Origin: Pseudomonadota bacterium
GTDB lineage: Bacteria > Bdellovibrionota_B > Oligoflexia > Oligoflexales > Bin106
DNA length: 24,950 bases
Assembly (NCBI GenBank): GCA_026710525.1
Contig: JAPOQT010000124.1
Span: 1-24,950, forward strand
Reading direction: 5' to 3'
In this document: positions 8,534 to 17,173 of the stretch, in pieces
Layout of the letters: every line of letters starts with the position of its first letter
Position numbering within the stretch: position 1 is the stretch's first letter
Position numbers and translations under genes: made by a program
The notes under the pieces: model-generated
Databases searched by the model: none
Told to the model about the DNA's origin: nothing
What the model saw: only the letters and a program-made list of their open reading frames with translations

Positions 8534-10069
8534 ATGAATCCCATTACCACACGAATTACCCATATCTTATTTCTCCTATTAGTAGTTACATCATGTCGAA
8601 TGTTACCATTCGAGGATCAAGAGGATCGTTATGCTCTCCAAGCTCTTTTTGATGGTCAGCATCTTTTAAGACTGAAGCAGATTGATGATCGTGGGACGCG
8701 ATTTCGTTTTGAGGTGTGCCCACTTGCTAATAATACAACCAGGATTATTGAGGAGTATTGTGTGGCTGCTTTACAGGCTCAATCAGGAGCAGATATAAAT
8801 TTTTCCCTGGAAACAATTGAGCAAAGTCACCTGATTCAAAAGGAACAACAAAGAGCGAACATTTTTCATTCTTCATGGCTAAAATACAGACAGCAAATGG
8901 CAGAGCTCAATCCCACTGCCCTAGCCTTAACCCTTGGTGGTGGTATCGTGCTCACAGATCTTGGTATTTATGCCGCGAGATTAGCTGGGCACGAGTCCCA
9001 ATTAAATCAGTATTTTAAACAGCTTGGTGTTCGTAGCACTGATGAGGCAGCTCAAGAGCTTAACGAAATTGCGCGTCAACTTGAGTCCCTTGGTTGGAAT
9101 CCAAAGTGGATGGATTTTGGGCCAACCATAACTGAAAGGGAAATCAGGTCCTGGCAAAGTAGTCCTAACAAGAGAATGATCATTGAAAATTTATTTTCAG
9201 AGAAATTTGACCAAACATATGGTGATGATATTCGTTTGAGAAGCCTTGATGGAGCCGGTGAGTATCTCGAGGGAATTTTACCAGTAGTAAGGGATTTTGT
9301 TAGGAAAAATTCAGTTAAAAGCTTAATCAATGAAAGTTATTATAATCGCTTTTTACACTACTACCAAATGAAGTATCACCTGCCAGACTATTATCGTAGT
9401 ATTGTTGATTTTCAAGCTTACCGAGTACGTGCCTCTCATCGTTTAGAGCAAGCATTTATTAATAATCCTATGGATATATTAAGTGAATTAGAGCTGTTAG
9501 TTAAAGATAGGGGAGCTGTTAAAAGCTATTTAAGTAGCGAAATATTAGGAAAACTGAATCGATGGGAAATGCTCCGCAATGTTGTTGTGGCAAACCAACC
9601 ATCTAAGGCGAGCTGGGTAGCAGGTAAAACTGGCAGTCTTATGAAGCGAATATCTGTGGTTAGCTTGGCTACCACTGGCGCTATGCTAGCTTTCCTCGCC
9701 CTCGAAAAAAACAACGACTCCTCAGAAGAGGATGTCTTGAGTGAACAAATACCACTGCCAAGGATCTCTGACAAACTGGTGATGCTAAATAATCCTCAAC
9801 AATGGGACGCGTTATGGCGTCACGAGGCTGGTGCTAACCAATTCATAGACCAAGTAACTCCTGTATTAAAGGCTTTTGTTTATTACGGAGATTTGATGCT
9901 GGATGGTGGTGGTGATATTGCTAGTTACTGTTTGCCTGAAGTCATATCACATCAAAGCTACGCTAAAGTTTGTTATGGGGTAGTATCAGCTGTTAAAGCT
10001 CAAGGTGATAAAACAGCGGCACCATTTAAACAAATTTCATCAGTGCCTCTTTCTGCTCCTCGCGATTAA
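8534..10069 (+). CDS. Unrecognised lipoprotein, paralogue 2 of a tandem family
   Basis: Lipobox VTS|C (Cys21, codon 8594-8596) and the same conserved blocks and four non-lipobox cysteines as 5980..7740. Confidence 0.85.
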   Translation: MNPITTRITHILFLLLVVTSCRMLPFEDQEDRYALQALFDGQHLLRLKQIDDRGTRFRFEVCPLANNTTRIIEEYCVAALQAQSGADINFSLETIEQSHLIQKEQQRANIFHSSWLKYRQQMAELNPTALALTLGGGIVLTDLGIYAARLAGHESQLNQYFKQLGVRSTDEAAQELNEIARQLESLGWNPKWMDFGPTITEREIRSWQSSPNKRMIIENLFSEKFDQTYGDDIRLRSLDGAGEYLEGILPVVRDFVRKNSVKSLINESYYNRFLHYYQMKYHLPDYYRSIVDFQAYRVRASHRLEQAFINNPMDILSELELLVKDRGAVKSYLSSEILGKLNRWEMLRNVVVANQPSKASWVAGKTGSLMKRISVVSLATTGAMLAFLALEKNNDSSEEDVLSEQIPLPRISDKLVMLNNPQQWDALWRHEAGANQFIDQVTPVLKAFVYYGDLMLDGGGDIASYCLPEVISHQSYAKVCYGVVSAVKAQGDKTAAPFKQISSVPLSAPRD

Positions 10070-10086
10070 GCTGATGGCGAAGAGTA

Positions 10087-10158
10087 AAGCTAACTCAAAT
10101 CAAGAAACTCAGTGGTCACAAGAGTTATCGTAGATATAGGGTGACATTGAGTTAGCTT
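10087..10158. repeat. Perfect 12-bp inverted repeat with 48-nt spacer between convergent genes; possible terminator or structured RNA
   Basis: AAGCTAACTCAA (10087-10098) and TTGAGTTAGCTT (10147-10158), with an inner GTCAC/GTGAC pair. Confidence 0.6.
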
Positions 10159-10196
10159 ATGAGCGTTATCAAAAAAGTCACAGCAACGTTGGTCAA

Positions 10197-11174
10197 TTAA
10201 GGCCCGCTGAGTGCCCTGAGATAAGGAGAATCACTCGAGAGAATAAAGTTGGTATCCGTTTTCAAAGTGTCCTGGTAAGAATTCAAGGTTTCTTGAAAAG
10301 CGTAAAAATTAGCATCTTTTGAAAACGCATCAGCATAGGTTTTAATCGCTATAGCCTCTGCTTGACCTTTAATTTCTTGGGCTTTTCTATAGGCCTCAGA
10401 TTCAATTTCTTTGAGCTTGAGGTTTAATCGTCCAGAGATTTTCGCTGCTTCCCCTTGACCAAAAGAACGGATACGGGCAGCAATTTTTTGTCTTTCAGTA
10501 ATCATGCGCTCATAAACTTTTTGTTCCACTGATTCTTCGTATGACACCCTGCGCAGTTGCACATCGAGGAGCTCAATACCAATATCTTCTAAGGCTACCC
10601 GGGCACTGGCGATGATTTTTTTCGTTAATTCTTCGCGACCAGTGGTGATTCTTTCGATTTCACCAGTAATATCATCATGACCAAGTTCAACTTCAGTCAC
10701 TGGCAAAGGTTCCTCTGCATCCTTTGCTTTGATGATTTGATCAATTTTCTCAATAATCAGATTAGAGTTTCTCACGGTTTCAACTAGGTTGTAGCTAGAG
10801 ATCATATCCCGGGTAACTCCATCAAGAATACCATCAAGTCGGTTAGCAGCTGTTCTTTCATTTTGCACCGTTTGCGCAAAACGAATAACATCTTTAATGC
10901 GCCACCTCGCTGTGGTGTCAACCCAGATATATTTTTTATCTTTGGTGGGAATTTGTTCGGCATCCCCATCCCACTGTAATATCCGTTTATCAAAGGTTCG
11001 AACGTCCTGAATAAAAGGCATTTTAAAATGTAACCCTGATTTTGTAATCGGCTCGCCACGAATCTTACCAAACTCAGTAATAAAAGCCTGACGACCTTCT
11101 TCCACAGTAAAAACTGCACTAGAAACGGTAATGAAAACGAGGGCCAAAAGAACGGTGATGATTTGGAAATTCAC
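10197..11174 (-). CDS. hflC: FtsH protease modulator HflC (SPFH domain)
   Basis: 'GLHFKMPFIQDVRTFDKRILQWDG', 'VYERMITERQKIAARIRSFG', 'FYAFQETL'. It follows hflK. Confidence 0.95.
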   Translation of the reverse strand: MNFQIITVLLALVFITVSSAVFTVEEGRQAFITEFGKIRGEPITKSGLHFKMPFIQDVRTFDKRILQWDGDAEQIPTKDKKYIWVDTTARWRIKDVIRFAQTVQNERTAANRLDGILDGVTRDMISSYNLVETVRNSNLIIEKIDQIIKAKDAEEPLPVTEVELGHDDITGEIERITTGREELTKKIIASARVALEDIGIELLDVQLRRVSYEESVEQKVYERMITERQKIAARIRSFGQGEAAKISGRLNLKLKEIESEAYRKAQEIKGQAEAIAIKTYADAFSKDANFYAFQETLNSYQDTLKTDTNFILSSDSPYLRALSGP

Positions 11175-11204
11175 TGGTGTCTCTCCCTTAATGTGTGAAT
11201 CGAT

Positions 11205-12314
11205 TTACTCAGAATCAAGCTTTTCTTTGCTCTGACTGATAGTACCTTGGGATAAAGCTGCTGGACCATAACTGCCGTAGATAGGAAGAATTCCTTCAAG
11301 AGCTTTATCAATCACGGTGACGTTTTGATGATCTTTTAGGACCGCTCTCATAGTCTCTAAATAGAGTCGTTTTTTTGTGATATCAGGAGCTTTTGCGTAT
11401 TCAACGAGAATCTTATTAAATTTATCAGCGTCACCTAAGGAACGATTCACTAAGTTAATCGAAAAAGCTTCCGCATCTTTAATGGTTTGTTCAGCTCGAC
11501 CTCGAGCCTCAGGAATCTGACGGTTATATTCTTGTTCAGCCCTATTGATGGTTTGCTCTTGCTCTTGTTTGGCAGCATTAACTTCGTTAAAAGCACCTTT
11601 CACTGGATCAGGGGGATTAACATCTTGTAGGTTGATCCGAGCCACCACAATACCCATATCATAATGATCGAGGACCTGTTGGGTAAGTAGCTTTGCTTCG
11701 TCAGCAATAGCGACCCGACCAGTGGTGAGCACATCATTAACTAGCCTATCTCCAACAACCCGTCTCATAATCGATATCGAAACGTCCCGAATATTAGTCT
11801 CAACATCCCTCGCCTTAAATAAGTATTTCCATGGGTCTGTGATCCGATATTGCAGGATCCACTCAACATCAGCCACATTTAAATCACCAGTGAGCATCAG
11901 AGATTCAGCTTTCAGGGTTTCATTGGAATAGAGCCGGGATTTGCCGCGAGCATTAGTGGTGCGGAAACCAAACTCTTCTTGATGAACAATTTTAGTTTTT
12001 ACCCTCTCAACGGCCTCAATATTAAACGGCAGTTTCATATGAAGCCCTGGCCCCACTGTTTTAACGTAACGACCAAAACGAGTGACCACTCCGTCTTCTG
12101 AAACATCCACCATATAAAAAGACTGGAGTAGGGTAAACAGAACAGCGAGACCTAAAACCGAAAGCATAATCAATCTAAAACCCGATTTGTCTGGCTGAAA
12201 ACCTTGTCCTCCCGCTTTTCTTCTTTTCATTTGATGAGGGCCTCTCTTCCAACCAATTTTTTTCAGTAGGTTGTCAATTTCTTTCAGGATTTGATCATCA
12301 CCATGTTGGCTCAT
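11205..12314 (-). CDS. hflK: FtsH protease modulator HflK (SPFH domain)
   Basis: 'GVVTRFGRY...GPGLHMKLPF', 'MLTGDLNVADVEWILQYRI', 'AFNEVNAAKQE', 'YAKAPDITKKRLYLETM'. Confidence 0.95.
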   Translation of the reverse strand: MSQHGDDQILKEIDNLLKKIGWKRGPHQMKRRKAGGQGFQPDKSGFRLIMLSVLGLAVLFTLLQSFYMVDVSEDGVVTRFGRYVKTVGPGLHMKLPFNIEAVERVKTKIVHQEEFGFRTTNARGKSRLYSNETLKAESLMLTGDLNVADVEWILQYRITDPWKYLFKARDVETNIRDVSISIMRRVVGDRLVNDVLTTGRVAIADEAKLLTQQVLDHYDMGIVVARINLQDVNPPDPVKGAFNEVNAAKQEQEQTINRAEQEYNRQIPEARGRAEQTIKDAEAFSINLVNRSLGDADKFNKILVEYAKAPDITKKRLYLETMRAVLKDHQNVTVIDKALEGILPIYGSYGPAALSQGTISQSKEKLDSE

Positions 12315-12473
12315 GGAGTAAGTTCCTTTCTGTTAAAATGAGCACAATTACTACTATTCTACTTGAGTTGCCTATCATGAGGGCTTTAGGCAGTCTGAGA
12401 CAAGGCGTCTCGACGAGATTCATTAACGCCATCAATACTCTCAAATCACCAGGGATAAATCAAGGAGAAATGT

Positions 12474-13796
12474 TTAAGCTGTTTCCTCGTCAAAAGACTG
12501 AATAGGTGTCTCAGCATTGTTATTTTTTTCTTTTCGCTTCATATCCTCAACAGATACGCGCAGAACACGACGTTGTTCAACTTCGGTAATTTGAATTTTG
12601 AGGTGCTCATAATTCACGGCTTGGCCAATTTGTGGCATCTCTTTCGTCATATCAGTGATCCAACCAGCTAAAGTGTCGGCATCATGGTCAGAGCTGGGTA
12701 ATTCAAAAAACTCCTCAAAATCATCCAAGGACACACCACCATAAACAAGCCAAGTATGATCACGGATCTTAACAAAATAAGGGTCTTCTTCATCGTGTTC
12801 ATCTTGAATTTCACCAAAAATCTCTTCGAGAATATCTTCCATAGTGACTAGGCCCAGAGTGCCACCATATTCATCAATAATAATAGCGAGATGATTTTTT
12901 GTTCTTTGGAGATCGACAAATAAGCGCATAATAGTTTTCGACTCAGGCGCAAAGAAGGGTTTGCGCATAAAGTCCTTTACCTGCAATGTAGAACGCTTAA
13001 GAGCTTCACTAGAAGCAGTCATAATATCTTTGAGGAGGACGATGCCAACGATTTGATCAAGCTTTTCTTTATAAATAGGGATCCTGGAATAACCGGTTTC
13101 CACCATCAAGTCTAATACTTCTTGATAAGTAGAGGTATCCGGAAGACAACACATGGAGGTCCTAGGCGTAATAATCTCGGATGCTCGAATTTCATCAAAC
13201 TCAAAAGCGCCTTCAATAATATTTTTCTTCATGCCTTTAATAGCGCCAGTTCTCTGGCTCTCATTTACCATAAACTCGAGTTGTTCCTCGGTGACTTCAT
13301 AACCACTTTTAGATTGTCCGGAAAATGTGTCAATAACCAACCCGGCAAAGCCAGAGAAAAGCCTCACTACTGGTGAGGTTACTCGGTAAAGGATATTAAT
13401 GACCCACATCGCCGGAATCGCCACTTGTTCAGCGTGTGTTTTACCAAAAGATTTTGGGATAATTTCACAGAAAATCAAAATAAGAAACGTCATCACACCA
13501 GTAGCAATGGCAACAGCATTATTTTCAAAATAAGTCATAGCTATGTTGGTAGCTAATGCTGAGGCGAGGATATTCACGAGATTATTAAAAATAAGAATGG
13601 TAGCTAATACTCGATCAGGATAGTCCTTCCAGAATTGTAATGACCGTGCTCGGTCACCCTGAGAAGCTAAAATATGTCTGACTTTTAACGGGTCCAAGGT
13701 TGTGACCGAAGTTTCTGTGCAAGATAAAAATCCTGAGATAAAGAAGCAGATAATAATGGAGATGAGCTCTATGAGCTCGGACGAAACAGATTCCAT
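12474..13796 (-). CDS. CNNM (DUF21)-CBS-CorC/HlyC hemolysin-family membrane protein, probable Mg2+/Co2+ transporter
   Basis: 'FLSCTETS', 'LATILIFNNLVNI', 'IFCEIIPK', CBS pair 'GYSRIPIY' and 'IIIDEYGGTLGLVTMEDILEEIFGEIQDEHD', CorC-type C-terminus 'TLAGWI'. Confidence 0.92.
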   Translation of the reverse strand: MESVSSELIELISIIICFFISGFLSCTETSVTTLDPLKVRHILASQGDRARSLQFWKDYPDRVLATILIFNNLVNILASALATNIAMTYFENNAVAIATGVMTFLILIFCEIIPKSFGKTHAEQVAIPAMWVINILYRVTSPVVRLFSGFAGLVIDTFSGQSKSGYEVTEEQLEFMVNESQRTGAIKGMKKNIIEGAFEFDEIRASEIITPRTSMCCLPDTSTYQEVLDLMVETGYSRIPIYKEKLDQIVGIVLLKDIMTASSEALKRSTLQVKDFMRKPFFAPESKTIMRLFVDLQRTKNHLAIIIDEYGGTLGLVTMEDILEEIFGEIQDEHDEEDPYFVKIRDHTWLVYGGVSLDDFEEFFELPSSDHDADTLAGWITDMTKEMPQIGQAVNYEHLKIQITEVEQRRVLRVSVEDMKRKEKNNNAETPIQSFDEETA

Positions 13797-14698
13797 GAAA
13801 GCCTCTTAATAGCTGAAACAGCCATAGGGTGGTGAGAAATTTGCGAGATGTTTGATGGATGGTGAGTTTGATAGGGTGTCACTAAAGGCGCTTTGTGGTT
13901 CTGCCAAATAGCCAGGCATTTTTGCTCTTCTTTGGCCATGATTTTCTGGTCATCAAGGTTTTCGTGATCATAGCCAATGAGATGTAAAAAACCGTGGCTA
14001 ATAGTAAAAACAAGTTTATCAGTAACAAGGCTTACAAGGTTCCTAGAAAGTCCCTTGGGGGTATTTGCTGCTGGTGTTTGTAAAGCATATTTGCTTACTA
14101 TCTGGGGGCAGATAACAACATCACCCAGGTGTTTGTGGGTAAAGGATCTCCCTATTGATCCGTAAAAGTGGCCACTCTTTTCAACTTCTCCCGGTTTAGT
14201 AAAAGTGAGTTGTCGAAAGGATAAAACGTCAGTTGGTGTGTTTTTATTTCTGTATGAGTGATTAAGTGCTTTGATTTGCTGTGGATTAGCCAAGCTGAGA
14301 TCAATAGCAAACCGTGAAAAACCATACTCAACCCTAAGACGATGAACAAATGATTGAATCTGATGTTTTGAGATACTGAATTTTTGCTCAGCCAAGGTTC
14401 CAGACCACAAGTCAAGATCCATATGGGTCTCGATGTCAGCTTCGGCTGCTGGCAAAGATGCCACCTTGATTTCACTCTGGAAACTAACATCGTCTCTAGA
14501 GAGAGTTATGTACTTTAGCTGAAATAATTTTTGCCACAGCCATCTAGGTAGCCAGAAACAATACTGGATAAGTCGAGGGATAGCCTGTAGTAAGGGTCCT
14601 TTGAGGGTTTGCCGAAGCGTGGTAAATATTACCGAGCTACTCATCCTCTGTAAATCTGGCTCTTCTAACTGGCTAAAATGGTCTTTCGGTTTTTTCAA
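13769..14698 (-). CDS. ybeY: rRNA maturation endoribonuclease YbeY with long extensions; start codon uncertain
   Basis: 'LNHSYRNKNTPTDVLSF', 'LGDVVIC' and the metal-binding 'HGFLHLIGYDH'. It adjoins a CBS/CorC gene, as in the common ybeY-ybeX linkage. Confidence 0.9.
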   Translation of the reverse strand: MKKPKDHFSQLEEPDLQRMSSSVIFTTLRQTLKGPLLQAIPRLIQYCFWLPRWLWQKLFQLKYITLSRDDVSFQSEIKVASLPAAEADIETHMDLDLWSGTLAEQKFSISKHQIQSFVHRLRVEYGFSRFAIDLSLANPQQIKALNHSYRNKNTPTDVLSFRQLTFTKPGEVEKSGHFYGSIGRSFTHKHLGDVVICPQIVSKYALQTPAANTPKGLSRNLVSLVTDKLVFTISHGFLHLIGYDHENLDDQKIMAKEEQKCLAIWQNHKAPLVTPYQTHHPSNISQISHHPMAVSAIKRLSWNLFRPSS

Positions 14699-14819
14699 GT
14701 TTAGGTGTTTTCGCTAAGTTGTATTTAAAGTTGTTTTCTTGTAAGTGATATGCGACCCAATACCACGGTCTTATTCTAACCCTATTTAATCATAGTTTAT
14801 TATTATTTTCAAGGTTTAA

Positions 14820-15596
14820 TCATTTTATTGATTGATGGGACTTTGGAGGTGAATAAATTTTTTCGTATATTGGTTGACCAAGCTCTTGAAACCGTTGTTC
14901 AAAAAGGGAAACATATGGCTGTTTTTTTTTATGATGATGGATCTCTGCTAGCCAGCTTTGTTGTTTTGTTTGAAAACCATGGACTAACAGTAATTGATCC
15001 ACAGAGTGAAAGTAGTGTTCACAATCGGTTTTAAACCATATTTCCCCTTGGGGAGCAAGGAGAGGAGCAAGGTTTCTAATAAATCTTTCTTGTATCAAGC
15101 GATGCTTTTGCTGTTTAGTTTTTTTATGCCATGGATCAGGAAAAAAAATCACCAAGCAATCAATTTCATGACACGCAAATAGATGGGGAAGGTGATGAGC
15201 ATTAAAATAAGCGACACCAGCATTGTGCAAAGCTTGTTGTTTGATTTTTTTTGCTGATTGGTAAACTCTTTTTAAGGTAATATCAAGGCCAAGAAAATAA
15301 CAATTAGGATGGTCCGCAGCCATCTGTGTTAATACGTGACCATAGTGACAACCCACCTCCACCACCAATCGGTGATGTTGAGGCTGAGATCCCTCGTTTT
15401 GCTCTCCTTTTTTCTGAAACCAAGTTCTTAAATGACCAGCGACCTCCCGTAACTCAGATCCTAGAATGAGAAACTGATTGTTTGGATCTTCCTCTAATAT
15501 TTTCGTGTGATAAGGATTGGTGAGACCAGCTTTGTGATTTGCTTTAACGTCAGGAAGATGAGGAAATATTTCGTGGGATAGTCTTAGGGGAGGCAC
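14820..15596 (-). CDS. trmB: tRNA (guanine-N7)-methyltransferase
   Basis: 'VEVGCHYG' SAM motif, 'FLGLDI', 'IFFPDPWHKKTKQQKHRLIQ', 'FKTDCEHYF', 'FEQRF'. Confidence 0.9.
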   Translation of the reverse strand: MPPLRLSHEIFPHLPDVKANHKAGLTNPYHTKILEEDPNNQFLILGSELREVAGHLRTWFQKKGEQNEGSQPQHHRLVVEVGCHYGHVLTQMAADHPNCYFLGLDITLKRVYQSAKKIKQQALHNAGVAYFNAHHLPHLFACHEIDCLVIFFPDPWHKKTKQQKHRLIQERFIRNLAPLLAPQGEIWFKTDCEHYFHSVDQLLLVHGFQTKQQSWLAEIHHHKKKQPYVSLFEQRFQELGQPIYEKIYSPPKSHQSIK

Positions 15597-15627
15597 TTGA
15601 TATCCAAAATATTAAGGAGAACACTTG

Positions 15628-15783
15628 TTAAGTATCATCGAGTTTTTCGGTTAAGTCGAGGAACAGCCCGATATGATAAGCGATCATCAGAAAAGGCATA
15701 ATCAGCAACACAAAGGGTATGATAAAAATAAATTGCCATACGTGTTCCGTATTTTTTAAGCTAAAATCTTGCCGTGTAAACAT
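15628..15783 (-). CDS. Unannotated 51-aa single-TM small protein
   Basis: AAGGAGAAAT precedes the ATG at 15783. Manual translation: MFTRQDFSLKNTEHVWQFIFIIPFVLLIMPFLMIAYHIGLFLDLTEKLDDT*. One strongly hydrophobic stretch; same strand as both neighbours. Confidence 0.65.
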   Translation of the reverse strand: MFTRQDFSLKNTEHVWQFIFIIPFVLLIMPFLMIAYHIGLFLDLTEKLDDT

Positions 15784-15922
15784 ATTTCTCCTTATTATGG
15801 TATTTGATGTAGTTGATCTCAGTGTCTTTACATGATACCAGTGTTGTTATGATGAACCAATAGTCAGTTGTATTTCTCACGTGCTCCCGAGCAAAAACCT
15901 ATATAAAAGTCACTATTCACTA

Positions 15923-16624
15923 TTAAGGCCCTTTACTATTAGGGCTTGACTCGTGAGTTCTTTGACGGATCATATTTGTCACAATTTGTGTCGTTTGATC
16001 ATGATCTAAGGGACCAACGACTTTGGTGTAAACATGGGAATTTTCGTTAATAAAAAGAGTTTCAGGGACTCCGGTCACTCCATAATCAATCGACATTCTA
16101 TCTTGAGAGTCATAGGCAATCAAATAGGTTTTACCAGATTTTTTAGCGTGTTCCTTTGCATAGACCGGGTCATCATGAAGAACCACACCCATCACCACGA
16201 AGTTATCTTGTTTGTAGGTTTGCCAAAGACTCTCGAGTAGTGGGCTTTCCTCGGCACAAGAATCACACCAACTAGCCCAGAAATTAATCACAGTTATTTT
16301 ACCACGGAGATCCTGCAAAGAGACGTGTGGTTTTTGATCTGACAACGTTGTTGTCTTTAGATAACTCAGTTCATCGGGGGCAAAGAGAATCTCAAGACGA
16401 AAATGTTTAGCCGCTAATTTCCCAAAAGAGTCTTGCCAAGGGGCATCACTACCACCAAGGGGACCTCGACTCACTGATATCCACAAAAAGACACAGCCTA
16501 ACATGGTGGCTATGAAAAGTAGGGCAGTAGGCAAGATGATTTTGAGTTGAGAGACAAGGTTTTTTTCGACCATACATGTACTCTTAGGGATAAAAATTGA
16601 TGGCTTCACGGTGGAGAAGAACAA
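15923..16624 (-). CDS. ccmG: Membrane-anchored TlpA/CcmG-type thiol-disulfide oxidoreductase
   Basis: N-terminal TM, 'GKITVINFWASWCDSCAEE' CxxC, 'YGVTGVPETLFI' cis-Pro loop, and position downstream of ccmA-E. The ccmG name rests on context. Confidence 0.7.
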   Translation of the reverse strand: MFFSTVKPSIFIPKSTCMVEKNLVSQLKIILPTALLFIATMLGCVFLWISVSRGPLGGSDAPWQDSFGKLAAKHFRLEILFAPDELSYLKTTTLSDQKPHVSLQDLRGKITVINFWASWCDSCAEESPLLESLWQTYKQDNFVVMGVVLHDDPVYAKEHAKKSGKTYLIAYDSQDRMSIDYGVTGVPETLFINENSHVYTKVVGPLDHDQTTQIVTNMIRQRTHESSPNSKGP

Positions 16625-16880
16625 GCCTATTAAAAGACGAGACTCTTGAGTAGGTTGTTTTAGCTAAGTGTAAATAAAAAGCGTTATAGGTTCTTAAGTG
16701 CTCAATTTTCACAAGGCTATGTTACCGAGACATGCTGGTAGGACTATCTCCGTGAATGATTTATGGCGCCACTCTTCATACAAAATCAGGGTTATCACAA
16801 CCAATATGTTGGCCTATGACCACAAGAAGGACTTTTTTATCCATCAGGATACTCTCAGGGTGCGGTCAAGATTTTACGCC

Positions 16881-16917
16881 ATCATTATCGTATCTGATAT
16901 ATCAGATACGTAATGAT
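16881..16917. repeat. 22-bp perfect palindrome extended to about 37 bp with one bulge
   Basis: CGTATCTGATATATCAGATACG (16889-16910) equals its own reverse complement, flanked by ATCATTA(T) and TAATGAT. Confidence 0.9.
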
Positions 16918-17173
16918 AGTAGCATATAGTAAATGGATATTTATGCAAAACAGTATCTCAAGTGGTCAAGTAAGATCATAAGCAGGGCCAACTTTTGCCC
17001 TTGAAAATATTGGTGTCAGAATGACGATGAGTCACTCTTTCAGTAAAAATAACCCCAAGCCTCTCTTTAAAATTCTCTTACGGTGTTCGTTCGCTTTGTG
17101 ACTTGAGTAAAAACCAAAGTAATTTGATTGTGGTAGAACAGGGTAGTATGACTTGTTTGCCAGTGAGTTACTG

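Noticed and set aside
5980-10069. Idea that the lipoproteins are T2SS-exported c-type cytochromes matured by the nearby Ccm system
   Set aside because: No CxxCH motif in either paralogue or in the 19911..21521 lipoprotein; the only close pair is CGVSC (CxxxC, no His).
3572-14490. Short nested ORFs 3572..3823, 6046..6330, 6810..7142, 9076..9330, 9526..9774, 10802..11119, 11722..11931, 13122..13376, 13977..14165, 14152..14490
   Set aside because: All lie inside well-supported longer genes, on the opposite strand or in another frame, with no recognisable features.
16698-16913. 71-aa plus-strand ORF in the ccm gap
   Set aside because: GTG start without a clear RBS, no motif, opposite to the operon, and it ends inside the palindrome. 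Not supportable, though not excluded.
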